A program made the translations under genes and the position numbers. A stretch of DNA of 24,000 nt from an uncultured delta proteobacterium. Lineage in GTDB: Bacteria; Desulfobacterota; Binatia; UBA9968. Positions 1 to 7,440 of the stretch are shown here, one piece after another. The notes under the pieces are model-generated. The model saw nothing but the letters and a program-made list of their open reading frames with translations, searched no databases and was not told the origin of the DNA. The stretch lies in assembly GCA_963745035.1 (NCBI GenBank), contig CAVUVW010000016.1, forward strand, positions 86,866 to 110,865, written 5' to 3'. Position 1 is the first letter of the stretch. Each line of letters starts with the position of its first letter.

Positions 1-83
1 CGAGGCAACAACCTCAGGCCCCAAAGCAGAGCACGGGCCGCCCAATACTCGATGAGGGTGCGCAATTTGCCGCGGTTTTCCAT
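1..83 (-). CDS. 5' end (27 codons) of an unidentified gene running off the left edge
   Basis: ATG at 83-81 (minus) opens MENRGKLRTLIEYWAARALLWGLRLLPR..., open to position 1. Same strand as the NUDIX gene and 81 nt downstream of it. The Arg/Leu-rich N-terminus resembles N-termini of lysophospholipid/lipid A acyltransferases, but 27 aa is too short to assign. Confidence 0.25.
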   Translation of the reverse strand, partial: MENRGKLRTLIEYWAARALLWGLRLLP

Positions 84-164
84 GAGCGATGAATCGATGA
101 TGTCGTCAGGAAAGGATACTCGATGGGCGCACCGCAGGTAAAATTCGGCTAGGACAATGCCGCG

Positions 165-671
165 TTACGGTTTGGTCTCGCCCAAGAGCGGCGACGGCTC
201 GGGAGTTTTTGCATTGCGTGAGAGGGCGAGGAGCTGGTCGAGAAATCCCGCCTGCGGCGCAAGGATGCGCTTGCGCGCCTCGGCGATGGAGAACCATGCG
301 GCGCGGTCGACTTCGGGGAATTCCTGCGTCTTGCCCGACTTGGGCGGCCATGCCATTGAAAAAAGATTGCTCCGAACCTGAGCGGGATCGCAGTCGCCTT
401 CGACCGCCCAGGCGTAAACCCGCTTGCCGCCGGTTTGCTTCACCGGAGCGAGCGGGTGAAATTCGCCGGCGATCGGGAAACCGGTTTCTTCCGTGAATTC
501 GCGCTTGGCCGCCTCCAGCGGATCTTCGCCCTCGCCGATTTCTCCCTTCGGCAAGGACCACGCGCCAAGATCCTTCTTTGCCCAGAAAGGTCCCCCCGGA
601 TGCACAAGGAAGACTTCAAGCTCTTCGCACCGGCGATAAAGCAGGATACCAGCGGTGGATTTCTTCGCCAT
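165..671 (-). CDS. NUDIX hydrolase (COG4112-like predicted NTP pyrophosphohydrolase)
   Basis: ORF 165..719(-); likely start is ATG 671 (MAKKSTAGILLYRR...). Nudix box GEIGEGEDPLEAAKREFTEETG fits GX5EX7REUXEEXGU. LVHPGGPFWAKKD...WSLPKGE is typical of this subfamily. Confidence 0.85.
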   Translation of the reverse strand: MAKKSTAGILLYRRCEELEVFLVHPGGPFWAKKDLGAWSLPKGEIGEGEDPLEAAKREFTEETGFPIAGEFHPLAPVKQTGGKRVYAWAVEGDCDPAQVRSNLFSMAWPPKSGKTQEFPEVDRAAWFSIAEARKRILAPQAGFLDQLLALSRNAKTPEPSPLLGETKP

Positions 672-833
672 TAACAAATTTATATCACGAACGGCGTGCG
701 AATTGGATGGAACGAGCATGGAATCTGAGGGTCGAATTACCGGGACAAGTCAGTCAACACGAAATGGTCCATGAGCTTCGCTCGCCGACAGATAATGAAA
801 AGTAGGAGCGCTCACGGCACGATTGTCCCGCTG

Positions 834-995
834 TTCATCCCGCGAATGCGGAAATCCAGGTTTGTTCTAGCCGAATTCGCCTGGATACCCGCCCCCGCTT
901 TCGCGAGGGCATGCTGTCGAATCGCGGGTATGACGGAATCCAAACGCACTCCGCCATTGCTACCACTTCGCACCCGTACTTTCGAAGAAGGTACA
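834..995 (+). repeat. REP-like intergenic repeat, copy A (degenerate hairpin, ~88-nt conserved core 853-940, weaker tail)
   Basis: Core aatccaggtttgtt..cctggatacccgc..gcgggtatgacggaatc matches 8477-8562 with about 4 substitutions and one 2-nt indel (manual alignment). Nested inverted repeats atccagg/cctggat and acccgc/gcgggt. Tail 969-991 resembles 8587-8611. Confidence 0.7.
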
Positions 996-1045
996 ACGCG
1001 CGCGCCAGGGTTTCGCAGGGTGCGCGCGGCGCATCGCTTGTGCGC

Positions 1046-2459
1046 TCAGGTGCTTCTCGTGCGGCAGGCTGCAACGAGATCTTCGACGTCCTCGACGGTT
1101 GAGAGGCGGTTACACCGATCGAGCAATCCTTGAGGTTTCATTCCGGGCGCACTGGCTTGCAGAAGCCAGGTCATTTTTTCCAGCAGCTCCGCGTCGCCCA
1201 GGGGTGCTTCCGGATGGCCTTTCGGTTGATCTACGCGAGCCTCTACGGTGCGTCCGTCGTTCAGCTCGGCGATAAGGCGCGCGCCGAGAAATCCCTCATT
1301 GTCGAATGCCCTGTCCATATCAGGATCGATCACCAGCTCTATTTTCGCCAGCGCGGCTCTTACCTCGTCCGTTTCCCACGGCGATCCTTCGAACTCTTGG
1401 AGCGTCAGCCGGCCGCGCAGGAGCGCCATGGCCACGACGAATGGCGTGCTGTGGTCCGCGGCCTCACGAGTCGTGGGAGCAAACGCTTCGGTTGAACCTT
1501 GAATGCCGGCCGCGACTCGCCGATGGCCATGAAGGATGAGCCTTCGTACTTGCTCCATGCGGATACCTTGTTGGTGGAGGCTAAGCGCCGCCTCGACGGC
1601 TGCCTGGGTATTGATCTGTGCCGGATGCAGCTTGAGCATATTGTGTGTCGTGGTCCAGCGGCGGCCGAGCTGTTCAAGGGGTGCGGCATCAAAGCCAGAG
1701 CCCGTGTGGGGTTGTAGGTGGCCAAGCACGGTTTCGAGCGCATCTTCCGTGGCGCTTACTCCCAAGCCGGCTAGGTCCGCCGCTTCGAGCGCGCGTGCCA
1801 AGGCCAATCCGACTGCGACACTCTTGATCATAGGAATTGTTGCCGCGGGTCTGAGCCAGGTATTCAGAACGGTGCCGGTTGCTACCGAGAGGCCGCTAGC
1901 ATGTACAGACTGGGCAGGCGTCGCGCCGCTCAGGCGTGCGGCGACTATCGGCACGGCCCACGCAACAGTGGTTAAAGGATGGAGCCCACGCCGCCAGAAA
2001 TTTAGCGATTCAGCCAATGCGCCTTGTAGCTCGTAGGATGCCACCAAGCAGGTGAGCAATTCTTCGCCGCTCTGCCGGTAACGCTCTGCGAGAGCGAGAA
2101 GTCCCGCGGTGCCGTCGCTAAAGTGTCCCGAAGCGCCGCCGCGACGCAAGACAAAAATATCGTTGGCGTCGAGGTAGCGAACCATGGCGCCGTTGACCAA
2201 TGCGGCGAGCGCGGCGGGAACTTTTTTCGTCCGTGCCTAGGATCGTCGCATCGGCGCGGCCGCCTTGGGCGAGCGCGTGTTTTCTGAGCGCTTCAACCGG
2301 CGGCGCGTCATAGGCTCCGAGAGCGCACGCGAGGGTATCGGCGAGATGCCGTCGCGCCGCGGCCAACACTTCCGGCGGAATGGCGTCGTAGCGAAGCGAG
2401 AAGGTGAACTCCGCCATTTTCTGCGCCAAGGTTTTGAGATTTTTTCCTGCGGCGGCCAT
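1046..2459 (-). CDS. MmgE/PrpD-family protein (2-methylcitrate dehydratase-like), interrupted by a 1-nt frameshift; possible pseudogene or sequencing error
   Basis: Two overlapping minus-strand ORFs (2118..2489 and 1046..2200) together give a full-length PrpD-like protein. N-terminal part: LAQKMAEFTFSLRYDAIPPEVLAAARRHLADTLACALGAY...ATILGTDEK. It continues in another frame as VPAALAALVNGAMVRYLDANDI.... The frames join if one T of the T6 run at 2222-2227 is removed. ATG 2459 is preceded by AAGGA. Confidence 0.8.
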
Positions 2460-2568
2460 AGTTCCTTGCTTATCCGGTCGTTGCCGCAACTTCGCTCGGG
2501 CATTCTAACAGAGAACTCACCGCCGAGGCGCGGAGTACGCCGAGATAAAAGTTGGTCTTTGGAAATAC

Positions 2569-2586
2569 TGCGAACTCTGCGAACTC
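2569..2586. repeat. Tandem direct repeat 2 x TGCGAACTC in the divergent prpD-like/tctC intergenic region; possible regulator-binding site
   Basis: Read directly as actgcgaactctgcgaactctgattc. Lies between divergent starts at 2459(-) and 2736(+). Confidence 0.5.
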
Positions 2587-2680
2587 TGATTCTCCGCGGT
2601 GAAAATGGTGTTTTCACTCTTTTGCTTGCGGCTTGGGCGGCGCTAGGCTTTCTCCTGATCCAGGTTCCTTTGCCGCGTCC

Positions 2681-2708
2681 TTGACTGAAAGAACCAAGAC
2701 AGTATGGG
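2681..2708 (+). promoter_or_regulatory. Candidate sigma70-type promoter for the tctC-tctA unit
   Basis: TTGACT (2681-2686), 16-nt spacer, TATGGG (2703-2708), about 28 nt upstream of ATG 2736. Motif match only. Confidence 0.25.
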
Positions 2709-2735
2709 AGAGGAACTCGTTTTGAAGGGGGTGCC

Positions 2736-3840
2736 ATGAAAAACTTCCGTTTCAAAACTCAATTGTCGATCGGCCGCTGGGTCGCCGTATTTGTATTGTC
2801 CGCGGCGCTTGCCGGACCGGCGTCTGGGCGCGGCGGCGCCCTATTACGAGGGCAAGTCGATCGAAGTCATCATTCCATTTCCCGTTGCCGGCGGCACCGA
2901 CATCTGGATCCGCACGATCGCACCGTATCTCGAAAAACATATTCCCGGCAATCCCAAATTCACCTTCCGCAACATCGGCGGCGGCCGCGGCATCCCCGGC
3001 ATGATGGAGTTTGCCCTCAAGGCGAAACCGGATGGATCCATGACGTTGGTGAGCTCGGCGACCAACTATTTTCCGGTTCTCCTGGGAGACAAGGCGGCCA
3101 AATACGATCTTCGCCAGTGGAAGCCGGCGCTGGTGAATCCCGTGGGCGGCGTGATGTATGCTTCGCCGGCTTCGGGCATCAAGCGGGTGGAAGATCTCGC
3201 CAAAACCAAAAATCTCATTTACGGCGGTATCAGCGCCATCGGCCTGGATCTGATTCCGCTCATCAGCTTCGAGCTGTTGGAGATGGATGCCAAGGGCGTG
3301 CTCGGTTTCAAGGGCAGAGGAGAGGCGCGCATCGCTTTCGAACGCGGCGAAACCAACATCGATTACCAGACGACCCCTGCCTATAACGCCACTGTGGTGC
3401 CGCTGATCAAGGAAGGCAAAGCGATACCGCTGATGAGCTTCGGCCAGCTCGACGACAAGGGCAATATCATCCGCGACCCGGCCGTGCCTGATCTGCCGAC
3501 GGTTCCCGAAGTCTATGAGAAGATCAAAGGCAAGAAACCGTCGGGCAGATTCTGGGAAACGTACAGAGTCTTTATGCCGTCGGCATTCGCGGTGCAGAAA
3601 ATTCTCTGGCTCAAGGCCGACGCTCCGGCGGAAGCGCTGCGGGTCTACTACGAGGCTGCCGACAAGCTCGAGAAGGACAAAGAGTTTCAAACCAAGACCG
3701 ATAAAGTTTTGGGAGGCTATCCGCTGCTGCGCGGCGATCGCCTCGAAAAAACCATCCAGCAGGCCTTTCAGATCGACCCGGAAACCCAACGCTTCGTCAG
3801 AGAGTGGGTGGGAAAGAAATATCGCGTGAAGTTCGATTAG
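2736..3840 (+). CDS. tctC: Tripartite tricarboxylate transporter substrate-binding protein (Bug/TctC family), with signal peptide and mature domain in different frames (1-nt frameshift)
   Basis: ATG 2736 follows GAAGGGGG and encodes the signal peptide MKNFRFKTQLSIGRWVAVFVLSAALAGPASG. The mature domain is in the +1 frame (ORF 2791..3840): ..APYYEGKSIEVIIPFPVAGGTDIWIRTIAPYLEKHIPGNP...KPDGSMTLV. That frame has a stop at 2737-2739 and offers no signal peptide of its own. Confidence 0.8.
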
Positions 3841-3895
3841 CCGAGTGGGCAGAAAGATATGGGTGGTGGAACTGGGATGATGCTGGCACAACCCA

Positions 3896-3927
3896 ACACT
3901 CCATCACTCCAGTACTCCAATACTCCA
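3896..3927 (+). repeat. Four tandem 8-nt units NNACTCCA (acactcca tcactcca gtactcca atactcca) followed by T6 (3930-3935), in the tctC-tctA spacer
   Basis: Read directly from the sequence. On the mRNA-sense strand each unit carries a CUCC anti-Shine-Dalgarno-like core. Confidence 0.6.
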
Positions 3928-3945
3928 ACTTTTTTGTAGCCTCGC

Positions 3946-5877
3946 ATGTGGGATGCCGCCCTAATCGCGCTCGAAAGGTTCAGCGATCCTCATCATCTGG
4001 GCATGCTGATGGCCGGCGTGCTCGCCGGCACGATCATCGGTATCTTGCCTGGTCTGGGCGGCATCGCCTCGGTCGCCCTCCTTCTCCCTTTCATCTACAC
4101 ACTCGATGTTAACTCGGCCATGGTGCTGCTGATCGGATCTCTCGCTGTGGTCCACACCGCGGACACGATCACTTCGGTGCTGATCGGAACTCCGGGCGGC
4201 GCGGCGACTGCGGTGACCGTTCTGGATGGGTATCCGCTGGCCAAGCAGGGCCAGGCGGCCAGGGCCTTGAGCGCCGCGTTTTTGTCATCGATGATCGGCG
4301 GGCTCATCGGCACGGTTTTTCTGACTCTTTCTTTGCCGATCGCGCGGCCCCTCGTGCTTTTTTTCGGCTCTCCCGAGTTATTGATGCTCTGCGTTCTCGG
4401 TCTTTCTTTCGCCGGCTTTCTCACCGGCGGGGCGCCGCTCAAAGGCGGACTGGCGGCATGCCTTGGCCTCTTGTTGGGAAGCGTTGGTTCCGCTCCCGCG
4501 GATGCCGTCAATCGCTATACCTTTGATCAGCTGTACCTCGTTGACGGCATTCCCCTGGTCGGCGTGGCGCTGGGAATCTTCGGCATCGCGGAGATCGTCG
4601 ATCTGCTGGTGAAAGGCGGCCGCATCGCCGAGCGGGTCGATTTGGGCAGCGGTTGGATGCAGGGAGCCAAAGATGTCTGGCAGCATTGGGGCATCGTGGT
4701 GCGCGGCTCGCTGATTGGCGTCTGGGCAGGAATTCTTCCCGGCATCGGGGCTACTGCCGGTTCCTGGATGGCCTATGGCCACGTGGTCGCTATGGCGCGC
4801 GATCGCGAAAAATTCGGCAAGGGTGACATCCGTGGCGTCATCGGTCCGGAGAGCGCCAACAACTCCGTCGATGCCGGTGATCTTATCCCGACGCTGCTAT
4901 TCAGCGTGCCCGGCGGAGCCCCGGCTGCGATCCTGCTTGGCGCGTTGTTTTACTACGGTATTCAGCCCGGACCCCGCATGGTTCAGGAAAACCTTGATCT
5001 GATTTTTACCATCATCTGGAGTCTCGCGATCGCGAACGCCGTAGGGGCAGCCCTCTGCTTTCTTTTGAGCCCCGCGCTGTCCCGCTTCACCTGGGTTTCT
5101 TTTGCTCAACTGGCTCCGGCCATCGTGGTCACGATTTTTTTTGGCGCCTTTCAAAGCTCGCAGCATTTCGGAGATCTTTTCGCCCTGCTCGGCTTGGGAT
5201 TCCTGGGCTGGCTCATGAAACAACTGGGCTGGCCGCGCGCGCCGTTCCTCGTGGGCTTCGTCTTAACGAAGCCGACCGAGCAATATCTCTGGCTATCGAT
5301 CAGCCGCTACGATTTCGAATGGCTCTTGCGGCCGGGCGTCATCATTATGGGTTTGTTGCTCCTGGCGTCCATAGTCTGGATCGTTCTCGGGCGAAGCAAG
5401 ACAAAGGATGCTCCCGGAGAGGAGTCGGCCGAAGGTGCGGTATCCTTGGGAAAAACCTCCTCGGTTCTGTTCACTCTTGCCGTCTTGATTGTCGCCGCGG
5501 CGGCACTGTACGAAGCGCAAGACTTTCCCCACCTCGGGGCCATATTTCCCATAGCGGCAACGGTTCCCGCGATTTTCATGGCGGTCGCCCAGCTTGTTCT
5601 TGATGTGCGCGCGCGTCGAGAGTCTCCGGTATTCGAGACAGGAAAGAAAATAAGATTGGCCCTGGGCTATTTTCTTGCGCTCGTCTTGTATTTTTTACTG
5701 ATCTGGCTTTTTGGTTTCGGCATCGCCACAGCGCTTTTCACCTTCGGATTTCTTTTTGGCTGGGTGCGCATGCGCTGGCTTCCTTCGTTGTCCTATACCG
5801 TCGCTGTCGTCGGTTTCGCGCTGCTCCTGAGCCGCGCTCTCGAGCTCTATTGGCCCCAAGGTCTGCTGCTCGGATGA
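3946..5877 (+). CDS. tctA: TTT large permease TctA with a C-terminally fused TctB-like small-subunit module
   Basis: 643-aa ORF. The first ~485 aa is TctA-like (GILPGLGG..., GSWMAYGHV, PESANNS, LLFSVPGG). A charged linker KTKDAPGEESAEG follows (~5395-5440). The last ~140 aa has 4 predicted TM helices with a TctB-like pattern (LYFLLIWLFGFGIATALFTFGFLFGWVRMRW...LELYWPQGLL). Confidence 0.85.
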   Translation: MWDAALIALERFSDPHHLGMLMAGVLAGTIIGILPGLGGIASVALLLPFIYTLDVNSAMVLLIGSLAVVHTADTITSVLIGTPGGAATAVTVLDGYPLAKQGQAARALSAAFLSSMIGGLIGTVFLTLSLPIARPLVLFFGSPELLMLCVLGLSFAGFLTGGAPLKGGLAACLGLLLGSVGSAPADAVNRYTFDQLYLVDGIPLVGVALGIFGIAEIVDLLVKGGRIAERVDLGSGWMQGAKDVWQHWGIVVRGSLIGVWAGILPGIGATAGSWMAYGHVVAMARDREKFGKGDIRGVIGPESANNSVDAGDLIPTLLFSVPGGAPAAILLGALFYYGIQPGPRMVQENLDLIFTIIWSLAIANAVGAALCFLLSPALSRFTWVSFAQLAPAIVVTIFFGAFQSSQHFGDLFALLGLGFLGWLMKQLGWPRAPFLVGFVLTKPTEQYLWLSISRYDFEWLLRPGVIIMGLLLLASIVWIVLGRSKTKDAPGEESAEGAVSLGKTSSVLFTLAVLIVAAAALYEAQDFPHLGAIFPIAATVPAIFMAVAQLVLDVRARRESPVFETGKKIRLALGYFLALVLYFLLIWLFGFGIATALFTFGFLFGWVRMRWLPSLSYTVAVVGFALLLSRALELYWPQGLLLG

Positions 5878-5936
5878 CGCGCTGCTCGGCATCTGCTGCG
5901 AAAGGCGTTTGACAAGTTCTTGACCTGGGAGGGCAG

Positions 5937-7301
5937 ATGCAGAAAGTTGATGGTGTTATGACCGATATCATTATCATCGGCGCGGGCGGGTGCGGGCTCA
6001 TGGCGGCTCTGGTCGCGGCCAAGCAGGGCGCGCAGGTGCTCGTGCTCGAAAAGACGGACAAGCCCGGAGGCGGGACGGCTTTTTCTTCCAAGGGCATTCG
6101 CGCCGCTGGAAGCCGGCGCCAGCGCGAGTTGAATATCGAGGACAGTCCCGGACTCTATGCGCAAGATATTCTGCGGCGGAACAATCATGAGAGCGACGGC
6201 GAGATCGTCAAGCGCCTGGCGGAAACTTCGGGACGCGTGGCTGATTTTCTGACGGACGCGGCGGGCGTCGAGTTCCAAATCGGCGAGTTTGCCTTCGGCC
6301 ACAGCGCGCAGCGATCGCACTCGTGGAAAGCGGACAAGACCATCACCGATTTTCTCTTCGAAGCCGTCGAACGGGAGAAGAATATTCAGGTGTGCTTCTC
6401 GACCCCGGTTTTATCGCTCAAGCAAGATGCGAGCGGCGCGGTGACCGGCGTGGCGACGAAGGACAGCGAAATTGCCGCGCGAAAAGTTATCCTTGCTTCC
6501 GGCGGATACGGCGCGAGCGCGGAGCTTTTGTCGCGCTATATTCCCAAAGCCGTGGACATTCCGTTTCCGGGTCACCCCGGCAGCACCGGCGACGGCATCA
6601 AAATGGGCTTGGCGATCGGAGCTGTGGCGGAAAACATGGGCGCGTTCCAGCCGTATCCCGCTTACATCGGTCCCGGAAAGCGCGCGGTGGCGCCGGAGAT
6701 CGCTCTATCCGGCGGCGTCATGGTCGACGCGGCCGGAAAGCGCTTCGTCGATGAGACCCGATATCCCGGCGGGCTCGGCATCAAGATGCTCGAGCTTCCC
6801 GGCAAGCAAGCCTACGAAATTTTCGACGAGCGCATTTACCAACTCCATCGAAACGCGCCGGGGTTGAGAAATCTCTCCGGACTTTTCGACGCGGGGCTTT
6901 TGCTGAGGGCCGCGACTGCCGAAGAGCTTGCGGGCAGATTGGCGATCGATGCCGAGGGACTCAAGCAAACCATCCGTGACTACAATCAAAGCGCTGCGAG
7001 CGGCGGTAAAGATGCTTTCGGGCGCGCGCTGCCGCAGCCGCTCAACGAACCATTCTACGGCATCAAAGTGACGGTGGCGCTTTACCATACGCAAGGCGGA
7101 TTGAAGGTCACGCCCGACGGCCAGGTGCTGCGCGGCGACGGTTCGATCATTCCCAATCTTTACGCCGGCGGCGGTGTAGCCGTCGGCGTTTCGGGCAAAG
7201 GCTTGGAAGGCTATTTGCCGGGTAACGGATTGCTCGCTTCGCTTGGTTTCGGCATGAGGGCAGCGGAGCACGCGGTGGCTGCGCTGGTCGGAAAGATGTA
7301 G
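5937..7301 (+). CDS. FAD-dependent oxidoreductase, FAD_binding_2 / succinate dehydrogenase-fumarate reductase flavoprotein-like
   Basis: 454-aa ORF. GGGAGGG lies 5 nt upstream of ATG 5937. Dinucleotide-binding motif IIIIGAGGCGLMAALVAAKQGAQVLVLEK. C-terminal LYAGGGVAVGVSG...GNGLLASLGFGMRAAEHA is typical of soluble fumarate-reductase/KstD-like flavoproteins. Confidence 0.85.
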   Translation: MQKVDGVMTDIIIIGAGGCGLMAALVAAKQGAQVLVLEKTDKPGGGTAFSSKGIRAAGSRRQRELNIEDSPGLYAQDILRRNNHESDGEIVKRLAETSGRVADFLTDAAGVEFQIGEFAFGHSAQRSHSWKADKTITDFLFEAVEREKNIQVCFSTPVLSLKQDASGAVTGVATKDSEIAARKVILASGGYGASAELLSRYIPKAVDIPFPGHPGSTGDGIKMGLAIGAVAENMGAFQPYPAYIGPGKRAVAPEIALSGGVMVDAAGKRFVDETRYPGGLGIKMLELPGKQAYEIFDERIYQLHRNAPGLRNLSGLFDAGLLLRAATAEELAGRLAIDAEGLKQTIRDYNQSAASGGKDAFGRALPQPLNEPFYGIKVTVALYHTQGGLKVTPDGQVLRGDGSIIPNLYAGGGVAVGVSGKGLEGYLPGNGLLASLGFGMRAAEHAVAALVGKM

Positions 7302-7416
7302 CGGTGAAATCGAAGTGTAAGATAGTTCCTAACCACGAAGTGTTTCATGGGCTTATGCATGCCCACATAGGGATGAAAATGACGGAATTCCCAACGCGTG
7401 ATTCGCTCCACCGGTC

Positions 7417-7440
7417 GTCATTCCCGCGCACGCGGGAAGG
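7417..7440 (+). repeat. Left part of REP-like repeat copy B (palindromic hairpin tcattcccgcg-ca-cgcgggaa), cut off by the IS30 insertion
   Basis: ttcccgcg/cgcgggaa is a perfect 8-bp inverted repeat. It corresponds to tcatcccgcgaatgcggaaa at 835-854 in copy A. Weaker similarity to copy A extends left to ~7371. Confidence 0.6.

Noticed and set aside
771-1133. 120-aa (+) and 79-aa (-) ORFs across repeat copy A, and similar ORFs 8449-8634 and 8578-8790 across copy B
   Set aside because: They are translations of the REP-like repeat (AWIPA...AGMTE-type peptides), not genes. The same peptides recur wherever the repeat occurs.
2752-3891. 379-aa minus-strand ORF antisense to tctC-1
   Set aside because: It mirrors a well-supported plus-strand gene. 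The translation is low-complexity (Arg/His/Gly/Asp-rich) with no recognisable motifs. This is a typical shadow ORF in GC-rich DNA.
3896-3935. Intrinsic terminator after tctC (T6 tract at 3930-3935), or a mini CRISPR-like array
   Set aside because: No GC-rich stem immediately precedes the T tract; the best stem I found ends ~20 nt upstream. The units are 8 nt, contiguous and spacer-less, so this is not a CRISPR. It is kept only as an unexplained tandem repeat.
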